DNA of 64,000 nucleotides, from positions 1,740 to 65,739 of the forward strand of contig JAUWMV010000011.1 in assembly GCA_030613005.1 (NCBI GenBank). The letters run 5' to 3'. Each line of letters starts with the position of its first letter. Position 1 is the stretch's first letter. Positions 43,916-53,808 of the stretch are shown piece after piece. Source of the stretch: a bacterium. GTDB lineage: Bacteria; UBP14; UBA6098; B30-G16. A program made the translations under genes and the position numbers. The notes under the pieces were generated by a model. The model was not told the origin of the DNA, made no database searches, and was given only the letters and a program-made list of their open reading frames with translations.

Positions 43916-46324
43916 ATGCATTATAATTTGGGTATTATAATTTTACGGAGCATCATTTATTTCGATGCATTAAGAAATAATGCTTCAATTAACTCAGGCA
44001 CATTAGTTTGGGGTGCTATAGCTATAATCTCTATCACATTTAATATTTGGTTGCTGTTAAAGTATAAATCAAAGCGAAAAGATAGTTTAGATATATCCCC
44101 AACCCAAAGAATTGCACAAGAATTTGAAATTAGCATCGATGGGTTTGTCCTTTTAAATCGAGATGGAAAAATTCAATTATATAATGATTCTTTCACAAAA
44201 CTTTTCTCAATATACAAAAACTGCAAAAATGATAACTTCGCTATATATTTGCCAAAGAAGTATTCTAATTCATTTATATCTTCTTTCAGAGTTGCGCTCT
44301 TTGGATATTCTACTGAATTAGAAATAGAATATCCGAAGCTCAATAGAATTTTCAGCCTTCACTTAAAGCCTTTCTACTGGAAATCTAATATTACTAACGT
44401 TCAGGTTATAATAAGAGATGCTACAGAACAAAAACGAAGTTTAAAGAATTTAGAAATGTCGAATAAGATAATCACCAAGACACATCTTGCCATTATCGTT
44501 CTCAATAAATCACTCAGAATTGTCCGAACAAACCCATTTCTAAGACAGCTTCTTGAAACCAATGATACACATTTATTAAACAGTTATTGGATAGATTACA
44601 TTGAATCGAGTAATGAATTCAATTATGAGTCTTTCTTTCTTAATATTTTTGAAAAGCGATCACCATATATTCATATAGATCTCAAGATTAAATCAAAATC
44701 AGAGAAAACAAAGCTTATAAGCTGGGGTTTCATGATTCTATACGATTCAAGGGGTGTACCAGAGCATTTGGTTGGGTTTGGTGAGGATATAACAGAAAAA
44801 AAGAAAATGGAAATTGCGCTTTTTGAATCTGAGAAAAAATACAAATTCCTAATAGAACACTCTCTCGACGGTATTTATATCCTAAATAGAATCGGTACAA
44901 TTATATATACTAATAATAGTCTCCTGCAAATTCTAAAGATGAATGATTTTTTCGAAGTAATCGGCAGGAATTTTAAAGACATTACCGGTGAATCCTATTA
45001 TGGAATGGTTGAGCAAAAGCTCAATGCTCACTTTGACGACCCACTTAGAACATTCAGATATGAATTCTTGGTCAAATGCCGAGATGGTGAAACTAAATGG
45101 GTTGAAGTTAGCGATGGCATAATCAAAATGGACAATGAAGAAGTTATTTTTGGAACAATGAGAGATATAACCAACGAAAAGAACCTTAGAGAACAAATTA
45201 GCAAAATGCAAACACTTGACGCTTTAGAAAGAATGGTTGACGGGATTGCTCACGATTTTAACAACGTTCTAACTGGGATTTTAGGATACTCATCTCATTT
45301 ATATCATCTCACTGCTGATAATAAGCAACTTCATTCTGTCGTTGGATCAATTCTAAAAGGCAGTAACAGAGCTGTGGATATGATTACAAGACTTCGTTCC
45401 TTTTCACGGCATGAGGATTATGAGTTAGTTCCATTGAAAATTAATGAAGTAATTTATGAATCAATCGATGTCCTTAGCGGTGGTTTAGAGGAAAGCATAA
45501 AGCTCAAATTCGATATATGTAAGGACGAAATCATTATAATGGGTGATTCTGTAACTCTTCTAAATGCTATATTAAACATACTGATCAATGCAAAGGATGC
45601 ATTGCCTAATGGAGGAAAAATTGAAATTATCACACATATTGAAGAAATTGATAGAGAATTCGTCGAAACACATTTAGAAGCTCGAATAAGCACATATTAT
45701 GCAATAAAAATCTCCGATGAAGGTATCGGTATGAGTGAGGAAACTCAAAGTCGAATTTTCGAGCCTTTCTTCAGCACCAAAGGCGAAAAAGGCACAGGAT
45801 TGGGCTTAGCTCAAACTTTCGGTACAGTTAAAACTCACAATGGTTTTATCGATGTATCCAGCCAACTCGGAATGGGAACAACTTTTACTATATATTTGCC
45901 CGTTTTGGCAATCACAAAAAAGGATCTTGAGAAGAAAATCGAAGCCAAAGAAACACCAGATAGAAACAAAAAAGTGGATATTTTAATTATTGAAAACGAA
46001 GATGCTATAATTAAACTTCTTTCGACGACACTTGAAGAACAGGGATATTCAGTATCTATCGCTAAAACTCTTATCGAAGGTCGAAGGAAATTCGAACTTA
46101 GTAAACCTCAAAATCCTATTATAATATCTGATATTTCCTTAGAAGGTGTTTCCAGTCTTGAATGGCTTGAGGAAATTAGAAATGACAAACCTAAACCAAG
46201 TGTTATCTTAATAAGTGGATCTAAGGATTTTGAGAAAAAGGATTACAGTTCGGTTGCAGACATGTTCTTAGCTAAACCTTTCCCAATGAGTCTATTAATT
46301 AAAGAGATTGAAAAATTATCTTAG
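43916..46324 (+). CDS. Hybrid sensor histidine kinase: TM, PAS/PAC domains, HisKA, HATPase_c and a C-terminal receiver domain.
   Basis: H-box DGIAHDFNNVLTGILGYSS. G-boxes GTGLGLA. Receiver-like C-terminus (DILIIENEDAII...IISDISLEG...LAKPF). Confidence 0.85.
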   Translation: MHYNLGIIILRSIIYFDALRNNASINSGTLVWGAIAIISITFNIWLLLKYKSKRKDSLDISPTQRIAQEFEISIDGFVLLNRDGKIQLYNDSFTKLFSIYKNCKNDNFAIYLPKKYSNSFISSFRVALFGYSTELEIEYPKLNRIFSLHLKPFYWKSNITNVQVIIRDATEQKRSLKNLEMSNKIITKTHLAIIVLNKSLRIVRTNPFLRQLLETNDTHLLNSYWIDYIESSNEFNYESFFLNIFEKRSPYIHIDLKIKSKSEKTKLISWGFMILYDSRGVPEHLVGFGEDITEKKKMEIALFESEKKYKFLIEHSLDGIYILNRIGTIIYTNNSLLQILKMNDFFEVIGRNFKDITGESYYGMVEQKLNAHFDDPLRTFRYEFLVKCRDGETKWVEVSDGIIKMDNEEVIFGTMRDITNEKNLREQISKMQTLDALERMVDGIAHDFNNVLTGILGYSSHLYHLTADNKQLHSVVGSILKGSNRAVDMITRLRSFSRHEDYELVPLKINEVIYESIDVLSGGLEESIKLKFDICKDEIIIMGDSVTLLNAILNILINAKDALPNGGKIEIITHIEEIDREFVETHLEARISTYYAIKISDEGIGMSEETQSRIFEPFFSTKGEKGTGLGLAQTFGTVKTHNGFIDVSSQLGMGTTFTIYLPVLAITKKDLEKKIEAKETPDRNKKVDILIIENEDAIIKLLSTTLEEQGYSVSIAKTLIEGRRKFELSKPQNPIIISDISLEGVSSLEWLEEIRNDKPKPSVILISGSKDFEKKDYSSVADMFLAKPFPMSLLIKEIEKLS

Positions 46325-46340
46325 AAAACCAAATAAATAA

Positions 46341-47039
46341 CTAAGTTGGCTTCTTTATTGCCCATTCTAACCAATTCATCCATTCGTTCAAACCCTCTTC
46401 AGTTTTCGCTGAAAATTGAATTATTTTTGTCTTTGGATTAACTGTCATTATCGACTTTCGACATTTTTCAATATCAAAATCTACGTAAGGAATCAAATCC
46501 ATCTTGGATATAACAACCACATCTGAACCGTAAAACATCTCGGGGTATTTCTCCGGCTTATCATCACCTTCAGGAACTGAAAGCACAATAACTCTGAAGT
46601 CCTCGCCAAGAGCGAAAAGAGCTGGACATATAAGATTCCCAACGTTTTCAATAAATATCAACCCTAACTCTTCATTAAGCTCGAGCTCATGCAAAGCCTT
46701 GTGCACCATTTCAGCATCGAGATGACAGGCACCATGCGTTTTTATTTGATAGCACGGAACATCAAGAGCATCGATTCTGGTTTTATCATTGTCAGTCTCT
46801 AAATCACCCTCGATTACTGAGACTTTGATTTTATCTTTTAATGCAGGTAAAGTCTTCTCCAAAAGTGTGGTTTTTCCCGAACCAGGAGAACCCACAAGAT
46901 TAATCATAACTATCCCAAACTTTGAAAGTTTATCGCGATTATGAGCGGCAATCTTCTTGTTCTCTGCAAGAACATCGATTCCTACATCGATAATTTTCGA
47001 TTTTTCATTATCTTGCTCACATCCACAATCTTCACACAT
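46341..47039 (-). CDS. hypB: Hydrogenase or urease-type nickel-incorporation GTPase HypB.
   Basis: N-terminal CEDCGCE metal-binding motif. P-loop GSPGSGKTTLLEKT. SIMAIBI-class GTPase, 232 aa. Confidence 0.88.
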   Translation of the reverse strand: MCEDCGCEQDNEKSKIIDVGIDVLAENKKIAAHNRDKLSKFGIVMINLVGSPGSGKTTLLEKTLPALKDKIKVSVIEGDLETDNDKTRIDALDVPCYQIKTHGACHLDAEMVHKALHELELNEELGLIFIENVGNLICPALFALGEDFRVIVLSVPEGDDKPEKYPEMFYGSDVVVISKMDLIPYVDFDIEKCRKSIMTVNPKTKIIQFSAKTEEGLNEWMNWLEWAIKKPT

Positions 47040-47122
47040 TGCTTGACCTCTTTCTATCTGTTATTTATATCTCAAATCCTATAAAAGAATTTCTTTACAG
47101 CTATTTAGCAAAATCATAGGTT

Positions 47123-48481
47123 CTACTTACCTGTTTTTTGCTTTCTTATCCAATCAGCAATATCTTTTAGGAGAACTTCATTCACATGCCCTTCAATTTT
47201 GTACTCTGCAGGAGTTGAAATACCGCTTCCAGCAATCATAAGATGGTTAAGATTATCATATACTTTGAAAACTACGTTCTTGTTTTTCTTTAAATCCGAT
47301 TTCCAAAGTTGAAGTTCAACATCTGTAATCTGATAATCTCTTCCACAACTTATAATTAATATCGGTATGGATATTTTTTTTGCAGCTTTTATAGGATCAT
47401 AGGCATTGATATCCGCCCAATATTCTTTACCTGCTCCGTAAACAATTTCGTCTTCTTCTATATCCAAACTTTCTATTTGCTCTATTATCTTTTCCAATTC
47501 CATAAGTTGCTCTTTTTCATTGTCGCTAATCTCACCATCGAGACTTAAAATGTACTTGTTCTGTTCTCTAATCAACACGGTGAGCGGTCGCGCATTAGCT
47601 GCGACTAAAACAACCCCCGCTAATATTGACTCCCTGAGAGCAATCCTTGGTGCAACCATTCCTCCAAGGCTATGTCCAAGTATAAAAATCTTTTTTGGAT
47701 CGATACCCGAAGTTTTCCTCAACAATGCAATCGCTGCTCGAGCATCTTTAATATATTCATGCTCGAGTGTTATTATTTCCACACTATCCATTAACTCATT
47801 GGGATATTGTCTTGTTCGTTTGTTGAAACGCAATGTAGCAACACCCATAGATGATAAACCCCAGGCGATATCTTTAAACGGTTTATTAGGTCCTAATGTC
47901 TCGTCCATATCATTCGGACCAGAGCCGGACAAAAGCACAACTACCGGAAAAGGACCATCTCCAATGGGCATAGTAAGCATACCATCCAATTGCCAAGGTT
48001 CTATGCCAATTTTAGCAGCTTTTTCTGTGAAGGAAGTTTCATCTACATAACCTGGTGGTTTATATTCATATGCTGACCCCTCGTCTTGCACAAGAAACAT
48101 ACCTGCTATTTTACCTGTTTGATCGAAAGCTACTTTGATACCAACGAAAGAATACTCAAAATCGCAATTAACTATAACTACCGTGTAATTTGCTTGTGTT
48201 TCTATACGAGTTCCTGTTATCTTTTTAAATCCACCCATAGCTTCATTAAGTTGTTCCCACAATGCCTGCAAAGAACTTGGTGTTAAAGTAATAGACATTG
48301 TTTCATCAAATAATTCATATGCCTTATTATATTCTGCATCGCGAAGCATCTGAATGTATTCGATAGCTTTTTCTTCATAATCAGTTGTACCGAAACTCAA
48401 CGAAAAACTCAAACACAATATTGTAACGACAGTTGACATAACCAAATCTCTTAACTTCGTACTTTGATTAATGATTGTCAT
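47123..48481 (-). CDS. Secreted alpha/beta-hydrolase-fold serine hydrolase with N-terminal extra domain.
   Basis: Signal peptide. Nucleophile elbow GHSLGG. 452 aa. Confidence 0.65.
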   Translation of the reverse strand: MTIINQSTKLRDLVMSTVVTILCLSFSLSFGTTDYEEKAIEYIQMLRDAEYNKAYELFDETMSITLTPSSLQALWEQLNEAMGGFKKITGTRIETQANYTVVIVNCDFEYSFVGIKVAFDQTGKIAGMFLVQDEGSAYEYKPPGYVDETSFTEKAAKIGIEPWQLDGMLTMPIGDGPFPVVVLLSGSGPNDMDETLGPNKPFKDIAWGLSSMGVATLRFNKRTRQYPNELMDSVEIITLEHEYIKDARAAIALLRKTSGIDPKKIFILGHSLGGMVAPRIALRESILAGVVLVAANARPLTVLIREQNKYILSLDGEISDNEKEQLMELEKIIEQIESLDIEEDEIVYGAGKEYWADINAYDPIKAAKKISIPILIISCGRDYQITDVELQLWKSDLKKNKNVVFKVYDNLNHLMIAGSGISTPAEYKIEGHVNEVLLKDIADWIRKQKTGK

Positions 48482-48561
48482 TTCTCCTCCTATGTAATAA
48501 CATCATCTTTTTGTCAAAACTCTTCTAAAGTATTTAAAATCAGGTTAATGAATTCATTAAA

Positions 48562-49416
48562 CTACATATCCTTAACCAACCCGTTAAGTTCAGCCATTGA
48601 AAAAACTGGTCCGTCAACACATACATATTTATGTCCCAGATTACATCGACCGCATTTGCCAATACCACATTTCATCCGCATTTCAAGTGATAAGTAAATC
48701 CTATCCTCAGGGAAACCTAATTCAGATAGAATGGGTAATGTAAAACGAATCATTATTGGTGGACCACAAACAATAGCAAAAGCATTCGAGGAATTAGGTG
48801 CAATATCTTTCAGAACAGGAGGTACAAGACCCACTACGCCATCCCAATCCGGATGTGGATTATCGATTGTGGTAACAAATTCCACATTAGAATAATTCGA
48901 CCATGTTTCCAATTCCTCTCGATAAAGGAAAAGACCCGGAGTTCTCGCTCCATATAGAACTGTGATCTTACCGTAATCGTCTCTATTAGCAGGATCAACC
49001 AAGAAAAGAAAAAGAGATCGCAATGTCGTAAAAGCATAACCTCCACCAACAATAACAACATTATGATCCTTGAAAAGTTCAACAGGATAAATGTTTCCCA
49101 AAGGTCCTCTTAATCCTATTATCTCATTGTCTGCGGTTGCATGCAATCTATTTGTTAAAGTACCGATCCTATTGACCGAGAACAGAAGCTGTTCACCCTC
49201 AACAGGTGACGATGCAATACCGAAGGGTGCTTCACCCCAACCCCAGATTGAAATCTGGCAAAACTGACCGGGTAAATACTCGAATTTTTCTGCATCTTCC
49301 GGATTAACAAAATCGAAAAGAAAACTTTTTACATTGTTATCTTCAGTCTCAATCCATGAGCGTGATAGACGAACTGGAACTGGTTTATATGGATTCTCAT
49401 TATCGAATTCGGACAT
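48562..49416 (-). CDS. FAD/NAD(P)-binding oxidoreductase subunit with C-terminal [2Fe-2S] motif (AsrB / sulfhydrogenase gamma / PyrK-NfnA-like).
   Basis: Ferredoxin-NADP reductase-like fold (RLSRSW..., VIVGGGYAFTTLRS). C-terminal CGIGKCGRC cluster motif. Confidence 0.75.
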   Translation of the reverse strand: MSEFDNENPYKPVPVRLSRSWIETEDNNVKSFLFDFVNPEDAEKFEYLPGQFCQISIWGWGEAPFGIASSPVEGEQLLFSVNRIGTLTNRLHATADNEIIGLRGPLGNIYPVELFKDHNVVIVGGGYAFTTLRSLFLFLVDPANRDDYGKITVLYGARTPGLFLYREELETWSNYSNVEFVTTIDNPHPDWDGVVGLVPPVLKDIAPNSSNAFAIVCGPPIMIRFTLPILSELGFPEDRIYLSLEMRMKCGIGKCGRCNLGHKYVCVDGPVFSMAELNGLVKDM

Positions 49417-49548
49417 TTCCTCTCCTCTTTATTCTAATTAACGATATAGTATGCGACTTTTCTACAAAATAATAGCAACAATATGAAAAATAATCACCAA
49501 CTTTTGCACAACTTATGTAATAATAATAGCTTGAAAGAATCATGTTTA

Positions 49549-50019
49549 TTATATCCATAGAATTCTTCTTGTAAAACTTTTGTATTTAATCAAATAGATT
49601 CCATTCTCAAAATCTTTCGCCACCCATTTCATGCATTTCCTCGCCTGTAAACTTGAAACCGAATGACCGCGAATATCATAAATATATATCATCTCACCAG
49701 ATTTAGGCTTATCGGATATTAGAATATTGCACTTTAGATTAAAAGGAGTTGGAAACACATTAAAATATTTTGTCAAATTGCTTTTGCATTCTCTAATAAA
49801 ATGTGGGTCGTATTCGAATACTCCAATATCCGGAGCCTTTCCGATATAGCCATCTGAAAAATTATGAATAATCATATCCTTATCTATTATTGAAGAAGTC
49901 GATACAAGAGTGTAATCAATCCTCAATCTCGGATCGCCTGTGAGTCCAGAACTCTGAGATAAGCATATAATCGGAAACAACATCAAAATTAAATAGATTT
50001 TTATTAACTCAAAGATCAT
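49549..50019 (-). CDS. Small secreted protein with T9SS C-terminal sorting domain.
   Basis: The start is taken at the internal ATG at 50017-50019 (MIFELIKIYLILMLFPIICLSQS signal peptide). This avoids overlap with the upstream gene. C-terminus ...YIYDIRGHSVSSLQARKCMKWVAKDFENGIYLIKYKSF is Por-tail-like. Confidence 0.5.
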   Translation of the reverse strand: MIFELIKIYLILMLFPIICLSQSSGLTGDPRLRIDYTLVSTSSIIDKDMIIHNFSDGYIGKAPDIGVFEYDPHFIRECKSNLTKYFNVFPTPFNLKCNILISDKPKSGEMIYIYDIRGHSVSSLQARKCMKWVAKDFENGIYLIKYKSFTRRILWI

Positions 50020-50024
50020 TCCGT

Positions 50025-51047
50025 TTATATTTTTGTTAGATGTTCTGCTTCCATTGCAACTTGTCTTATATCTATATTCACCGGACATTCTCGAATGCAA
50101 CGTCCACAACCAACGCAAAGTTGTATATCTTCGTATTTTTTAGCAAAAAATGACAATTTATGCATCATTCGTTGACGTATTCTATGAAGTTGTGTTTGTC
50201 TAGGATTGTGTCCTGATGCCTCGAGGGTAAAGTTCTTAAATTGACATGCATCCCATGTTCTATATCTTCGTGCGAATTTATCAATAATCTCATCGTTAAT
50301 ATCGAAACAGTAGCAACTCGGACACACAAATGTACAGATTCCGCAACTTATACACCTATCTCCTATATGAGCCCAGAAAGCTTCGTTGTCAAAGTTATTC
50401 CAGAGTTTATCTTTTATATTTACTGGAACCTTATTATCTATACTTTCAATAACTTTTGATTTTATTTCCGTAATTTCATCTATTTCGTCAATTGTAGCAT
50501 CCTCAAAATCTATTACAAGATTATCACCGGTTTCTGTAATGGATTCAAGAATCCAATACTCTTCAGCTTCGGTAGCTAAAATATCCGCACCTTCAATTCC
50601 GAAAGGACTTCCATCTTCAAATGATGTGCAGAAACATGTATTCAAATGTTCTGTACAGCCAATAGCGATCTTAATAAAACTTTCCCAAAGTGCATTAAAA
50701 TAGGTGTCATGATAGTCATTCTCGTTGAAAACTCTGTGAATCAACGAAAGAGCCTTTGCATCGCATGGTCGCATTCCCCAAAGCACAGCCCTATCAGTTA
50801 GCTTAGTTGTATTATCTGACACATCATTAGTTTTATCCTTTATGTTAAGACTAAACATAGATTGATCCTGCGGAAGAAATATCTCTTTTGGTGACATAAC
50901 AGTAGTGAATGAATTCCCCATTTTATTCAGTTCGGTGATTTTACCCCATCGATCTTCGCCACTTATAGGACCGTAAAGTATTCCCCTCGAAGAAAAATCT
51001 GCCAACCATTCCTTAATTGTATCCTTAGCAACTTTTTTAACCATCAT
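50025..51047 (-). CDS. Iron-sulfur subunit with two or more [4Fe-4S] ferredoxin motifs (AsrA / sulfhydrogenase beta-like).
   Basis: CISCGICTFVCPSCYC and CVGCGRCIRECP motifs. 340 aa. Overlaps the upstream GT4 gene by 4 nt. Confidence 0.7.
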   Translation of the reverse strand: MMVKKVAKDTIKEWLADFSSRGILYGPISGEDRWGKITELNKMGNSFTTVMSPKEIFLPQDQSMFSLNIKDKTNDVSDNTTKLTDRAVLWGMRPCDAKALSLIHRVFNENDYHDTYFNALWESFIKIAIGCTEHLNTCFCTSFEDGSPFGIEGADILATEAEEYWILESITETGDNLVIDFEDATIDEIDEITEIKSKVIESIDNKVPVNIKDKLWNNFDNEAFWAHIGDRCISCGICTFVCPSCYCFDINDEIIDKFARRYRTWDACQFKNFTLEASGHNPRQTQLHRIRQRMMHKLSFFAKKYEDIQLCVGCGRCIRECPVNIDIRQVAMEAEHLTKI

Positions 51048-52213
51048 ATCTCCCTTAGCATTTTTTTTTCAAAGTAATTATCAAAGATTCTCTTCAATTT
51101 TGCACCTAAAGTATTTTCGGGATTATCGTAAAGGTTTCTGACTTTAATAGCTTCTTCAGATATTCTTTTCCCCAATCCCGGATTATTATAAAGTCTAATA
51201 ATTCTCTCAGCCATAGCCTTGTAATCGCCTACTGGCACCAGAAAACCATTGACCCCATCTTCAATTTGATAGCTCAAACCACCTGTGTCATATGCAATTG
51301 CTGCTGTTCCAGCCATTAAAGCTTCAGCGAGAACTTTGCCAAAACATTCTTTATATGAGGGTACTAAAACAACATGACTTTTACTCATATATGAATTTAT
51401 CATATTATTAGGACGCATTCCAAGAAATACTACATTTTCAGAATAGTTTAGTCGATTCTTCAATTCTATTGCTTTATCTTTCATATATCCGTCACCAATT
51501 AGAACAAAAACCGCATCTTTCCCGATTTTCTCAAATACAATTTCGGCAATTTCAATGACATCAATTATACCCTTTGAATAATCAAATCGACCTACAAACG
51601 TTACAATAAATTTCCTCTTATTAAAAATCTTCTCAACTTTATGATCTATAAAATATTCTGGAGGATAATAAAGAGAATGTACATCGATCCTACTTTCTGG
51701 AATACCTATAGCTTCAAGTTGATTCTTCAAATGCAAACCATTGGTTAGAAGGTTAATTTTAGTATTCTTTACAATTCTTAGGGAAAATCTAACTAACGGT
51801 TCTAAAAATGAGTTGTAACTCTTAATGTCTTGGTGAAAAACCATCGATAATTTCGTCCTAAATATTTTTGAATAAAAATACGGTGCAATCAAATCCAAAG
51901 AACCACCAACAACTGCAACAATTTTCGGTCTATAGCGATTTAAAATATAGAAAGAAAAAAGCTCATAAAAACCTTTCTTAAACCATCTAAAAAAAGTACC
52001 ATTAAATCCTAATACTGGTAAAGTATAATAAATTCTTTTCGGTTCGACCTTTTTGGCTCTTCTATCTCTTTTACCAATAATTAAGCCACTTCTATCAAAA
52101 ATAGCTAAATCATACTGTCTTGAATAACTGTATATGGAATCAAACTTTAGAGTGATATTATCCAACTCCCTAACAGGATCTCCATATCGGATAATAGCCA
52201 CATCTACATTCAT
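51044..52213 (-). CDS. Glycosyltransferase family 4 (GT-B, group-1 glycosyltransferase).
   Basis: GT4 E-x7-E region (KECFGKVLAEALMAGTAAIAYDTGG). Confidence 0.8.
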   Translation of the reverse strand: MNVDVAIIRYGDPVRELDNITLKFDSIYSYSRQYDLAIFDRSGLIIGKRDRRAKKVEPKRIYYTLPVLGFNGTFFRWFKKGFYELFSFYILNRYRPKIVAVVGGSLDLIAPYFYSKIFRTKLSMVFHQDIKSYNSFLEPLVRFSLRIVKNTKINLLTNGLHLKNQLEAIGIPESRIDVHSLYYPPEYFIDHKVEKIFNKRKFIVTFVGRFDYSKGIIDVIEIAEIVFEKIGKDAVFVLIGDGYMKDKAIELKNRLNYSENVVFLGMRPNNMINSYMSKSHVVLVPSYKECFGKVLAEALMAGTAAIAYDTGGLSYQIEDGVNGFLVPVGDYKAMAERIIRLYNNPGLGKRISEEAIKVRNLYDNPENTLGAKLKRIFDNYFEKKMLREI

Positions 52214-52306
52214 TAAAATCTCCCAATTCTCCCAACATTAAAAACAATAACAAATTTAATGTTTATGAATTTTACTTTCTTATTAAACAATGCTAAATCA
52301 TAATAT

Positions 52307-53266
52307 TTACAGAATAAATTCCTGAGGATCATCTGTTTTATAGTTCTGGAGTGGTGGTACCTCATCCACTGCAATTCCTGCATCGTAATTATATCTCTCA
52401 AAAACTTTTTTAGACTGAAAAGCCAAAATGTCGTCAAAATCTATCCCAACTGGGCAAACCTCGCTGCAATTACCGCATTCAACACATCTACCTGCTTGAT
52501 GATATAGTCTACCTATATGCCAGAACATGATATCTGTGGGATGCTGTCCTTTATCAACCCAGTGCGGGAACCGTGAATCGACAAAGCATTCTTCGCAATA
52601 ACACGTTGGACAAGCCTGTCGGCAAGCATAACAACGGATGCACTTTAACAACATCTCCTTCATTATTTTCCATCGATCCGTTCTACTCGTCTTTTCGAAT
52701 TCTTTTGTTTTTGTGAAATGAGTCTCAAATGTGTCTTTCTCTTCAACAAGCTCACCTAATAACTCATCGTAATGTATAGGATTAAGATGCATACATCTTT
52801 CGCATGCAGAATGAAGAAATTCTTCTTGTGAAACTGTTTCTTTCTGGTTGTCGCTTTTTATTATAATTATATTTTTATCATCGATAACTAATTGTTTAAG
52901 CTCAGATAAAGGACCGAATTGTTCCTCGAGCTTTTTTCTTGATATCATACCTTCGCATGGTATACCGAGTATCTTTATCTCAGCTCTTTCCAACTGCTTC
53001 TCAGCGACGAGTATGCCAATTGATCTGCTGTCACAGCCCTTTGCAACAATAGCAACCTTTGAACCTTTAAATCGATTAAGATAACCTGCAAGGTTCATTC
53101 TACACAATCTATTCCAGATAAGTTTCTGTGCATGTTGCGGTTCGGTTGCAACGAAAGGAATAACAACACCGGGCAATGTTCCCTCAGCAAAACCTATAAA
53201 TGCTTTAATTACGCCATTTTGAAGAAGTTCCTTTGCTCTTTTCCGAATTTCGGTTTCAATATTCAT
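52307..53266 (-). CDS. FrhB/FdhB-like flavin/Fe-S subunit (coenzyme F420 hydrogenase beta-subunit family).
   Basis: C-terminal CIRCYACRQACPTCYC and CVECGNCSEVCP ferredoxin motifs after an FrhB-like N-terminal domain. Confidence 0.6.
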   Translation of the reverse strand: MNIETEIRKRAKELLQNGVIKAFIGFAEGTLPGVVIPFVATEPQHAQKLIWNRLCRMNLAGYLNRFKGSKVAIVAKGCDSRSIGILVAEKQLERAEIKILGIPCEGMISRKKLEEQFGPLSELKQLVIDDKNIIIIKSDNQKETVSQEEFLHSACERCMHLNPIHYDELLGELVEEKDTFETHFTKTKEFEKTSRTDRWKIMKEMLLKCIRCYACRQACPTCYCEECFVDSRFPHWVDKGQHPTDIMFWHIGRLYHQAGRCVECGNCSEVCPVGIDFDDILAFQSKKVFERYNYDAGIAVDEVPPLQNYKTDDPQEFIL

Positions 53267-53305
53267 TTCTCGCTCCTTTATCGATTATTTATCCATACTA
53301 TGCAA

Positions 53306-53734
53306 TCAATCTATGAATTTATCCTTAACGAAAAATTTATTTTCACCAACCGAGACAACTCTATCCGTAACAGTTTTTACAATATCTGCAAACTTCTGTC
53401 CTTCAGCAGCAGAACACCACGAGAAATTCAATCGCTCCATCTCAAAACCAAGGAAATCCATTAAGTCTACAAAAGCTGTGAATCGACGTCTCGCATAGTA
53501 ATTCCCAGTTATATAATGACAATCTCCGGGATGACATCCCGAAACTAATACACCATCTGCACCAGTTTGGAGTGCTTTAAGCAGAAAAAAAGGATTAACT
53601 CTACCTGAACATGGAACCCGAATTACTCTTGTTGTGGGTGGATACTGAATTCTTGAAACACCTGCCAAATCAGCTCCAGCATAAGAGCACCAGTTACATA
53701 AAAAAGCAAGAATATTAGGCTGAAAGTCTGCCAT
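53306..53734 (-). CDS. mvhD: MvhD-type hydrogenase iron-sulfur subunit (methyl-viologen-reducing hydrogenase delta subunit family, FlxD-like).
   Basis: FLCNWCSYAGADLAG...RVIRVPCSGRV...ALQTGADGVLVSGCHPGDCHY, the hallmark MvhD motif set. Confidence 0.85.
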   Translation of the reverse strand: MADFQPNILAFLCNWCSYAGADLAGVSRIQYPPTTRVIRVPCSGRVNPFFLLKALQTGADGVLVSGCHPGDCHYITGNYYARRRFTAFVDLMDFLGFEMERLNFSWCSAAEGQKFADIVKTVTDRVVSVGENKFFVKDKFID

Positions 53735-53808
53735 AATTCCTCCTGCATTATTTAGAACCTATTTATATTAACTAGAATTTTCAATTCATCATCCAACACA
53801 GTAATCGC

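Noticed and set aside
50020-50118. The N-terminal 33-aa extension of the track ORF 49549..50118 that overlaps the upstream AsrA-like gene.
   Set aside because: A signal peptide begins at the internal Met (50019). The extension lacks an RBS and would overlap the preceding CDS by ~95 nt.
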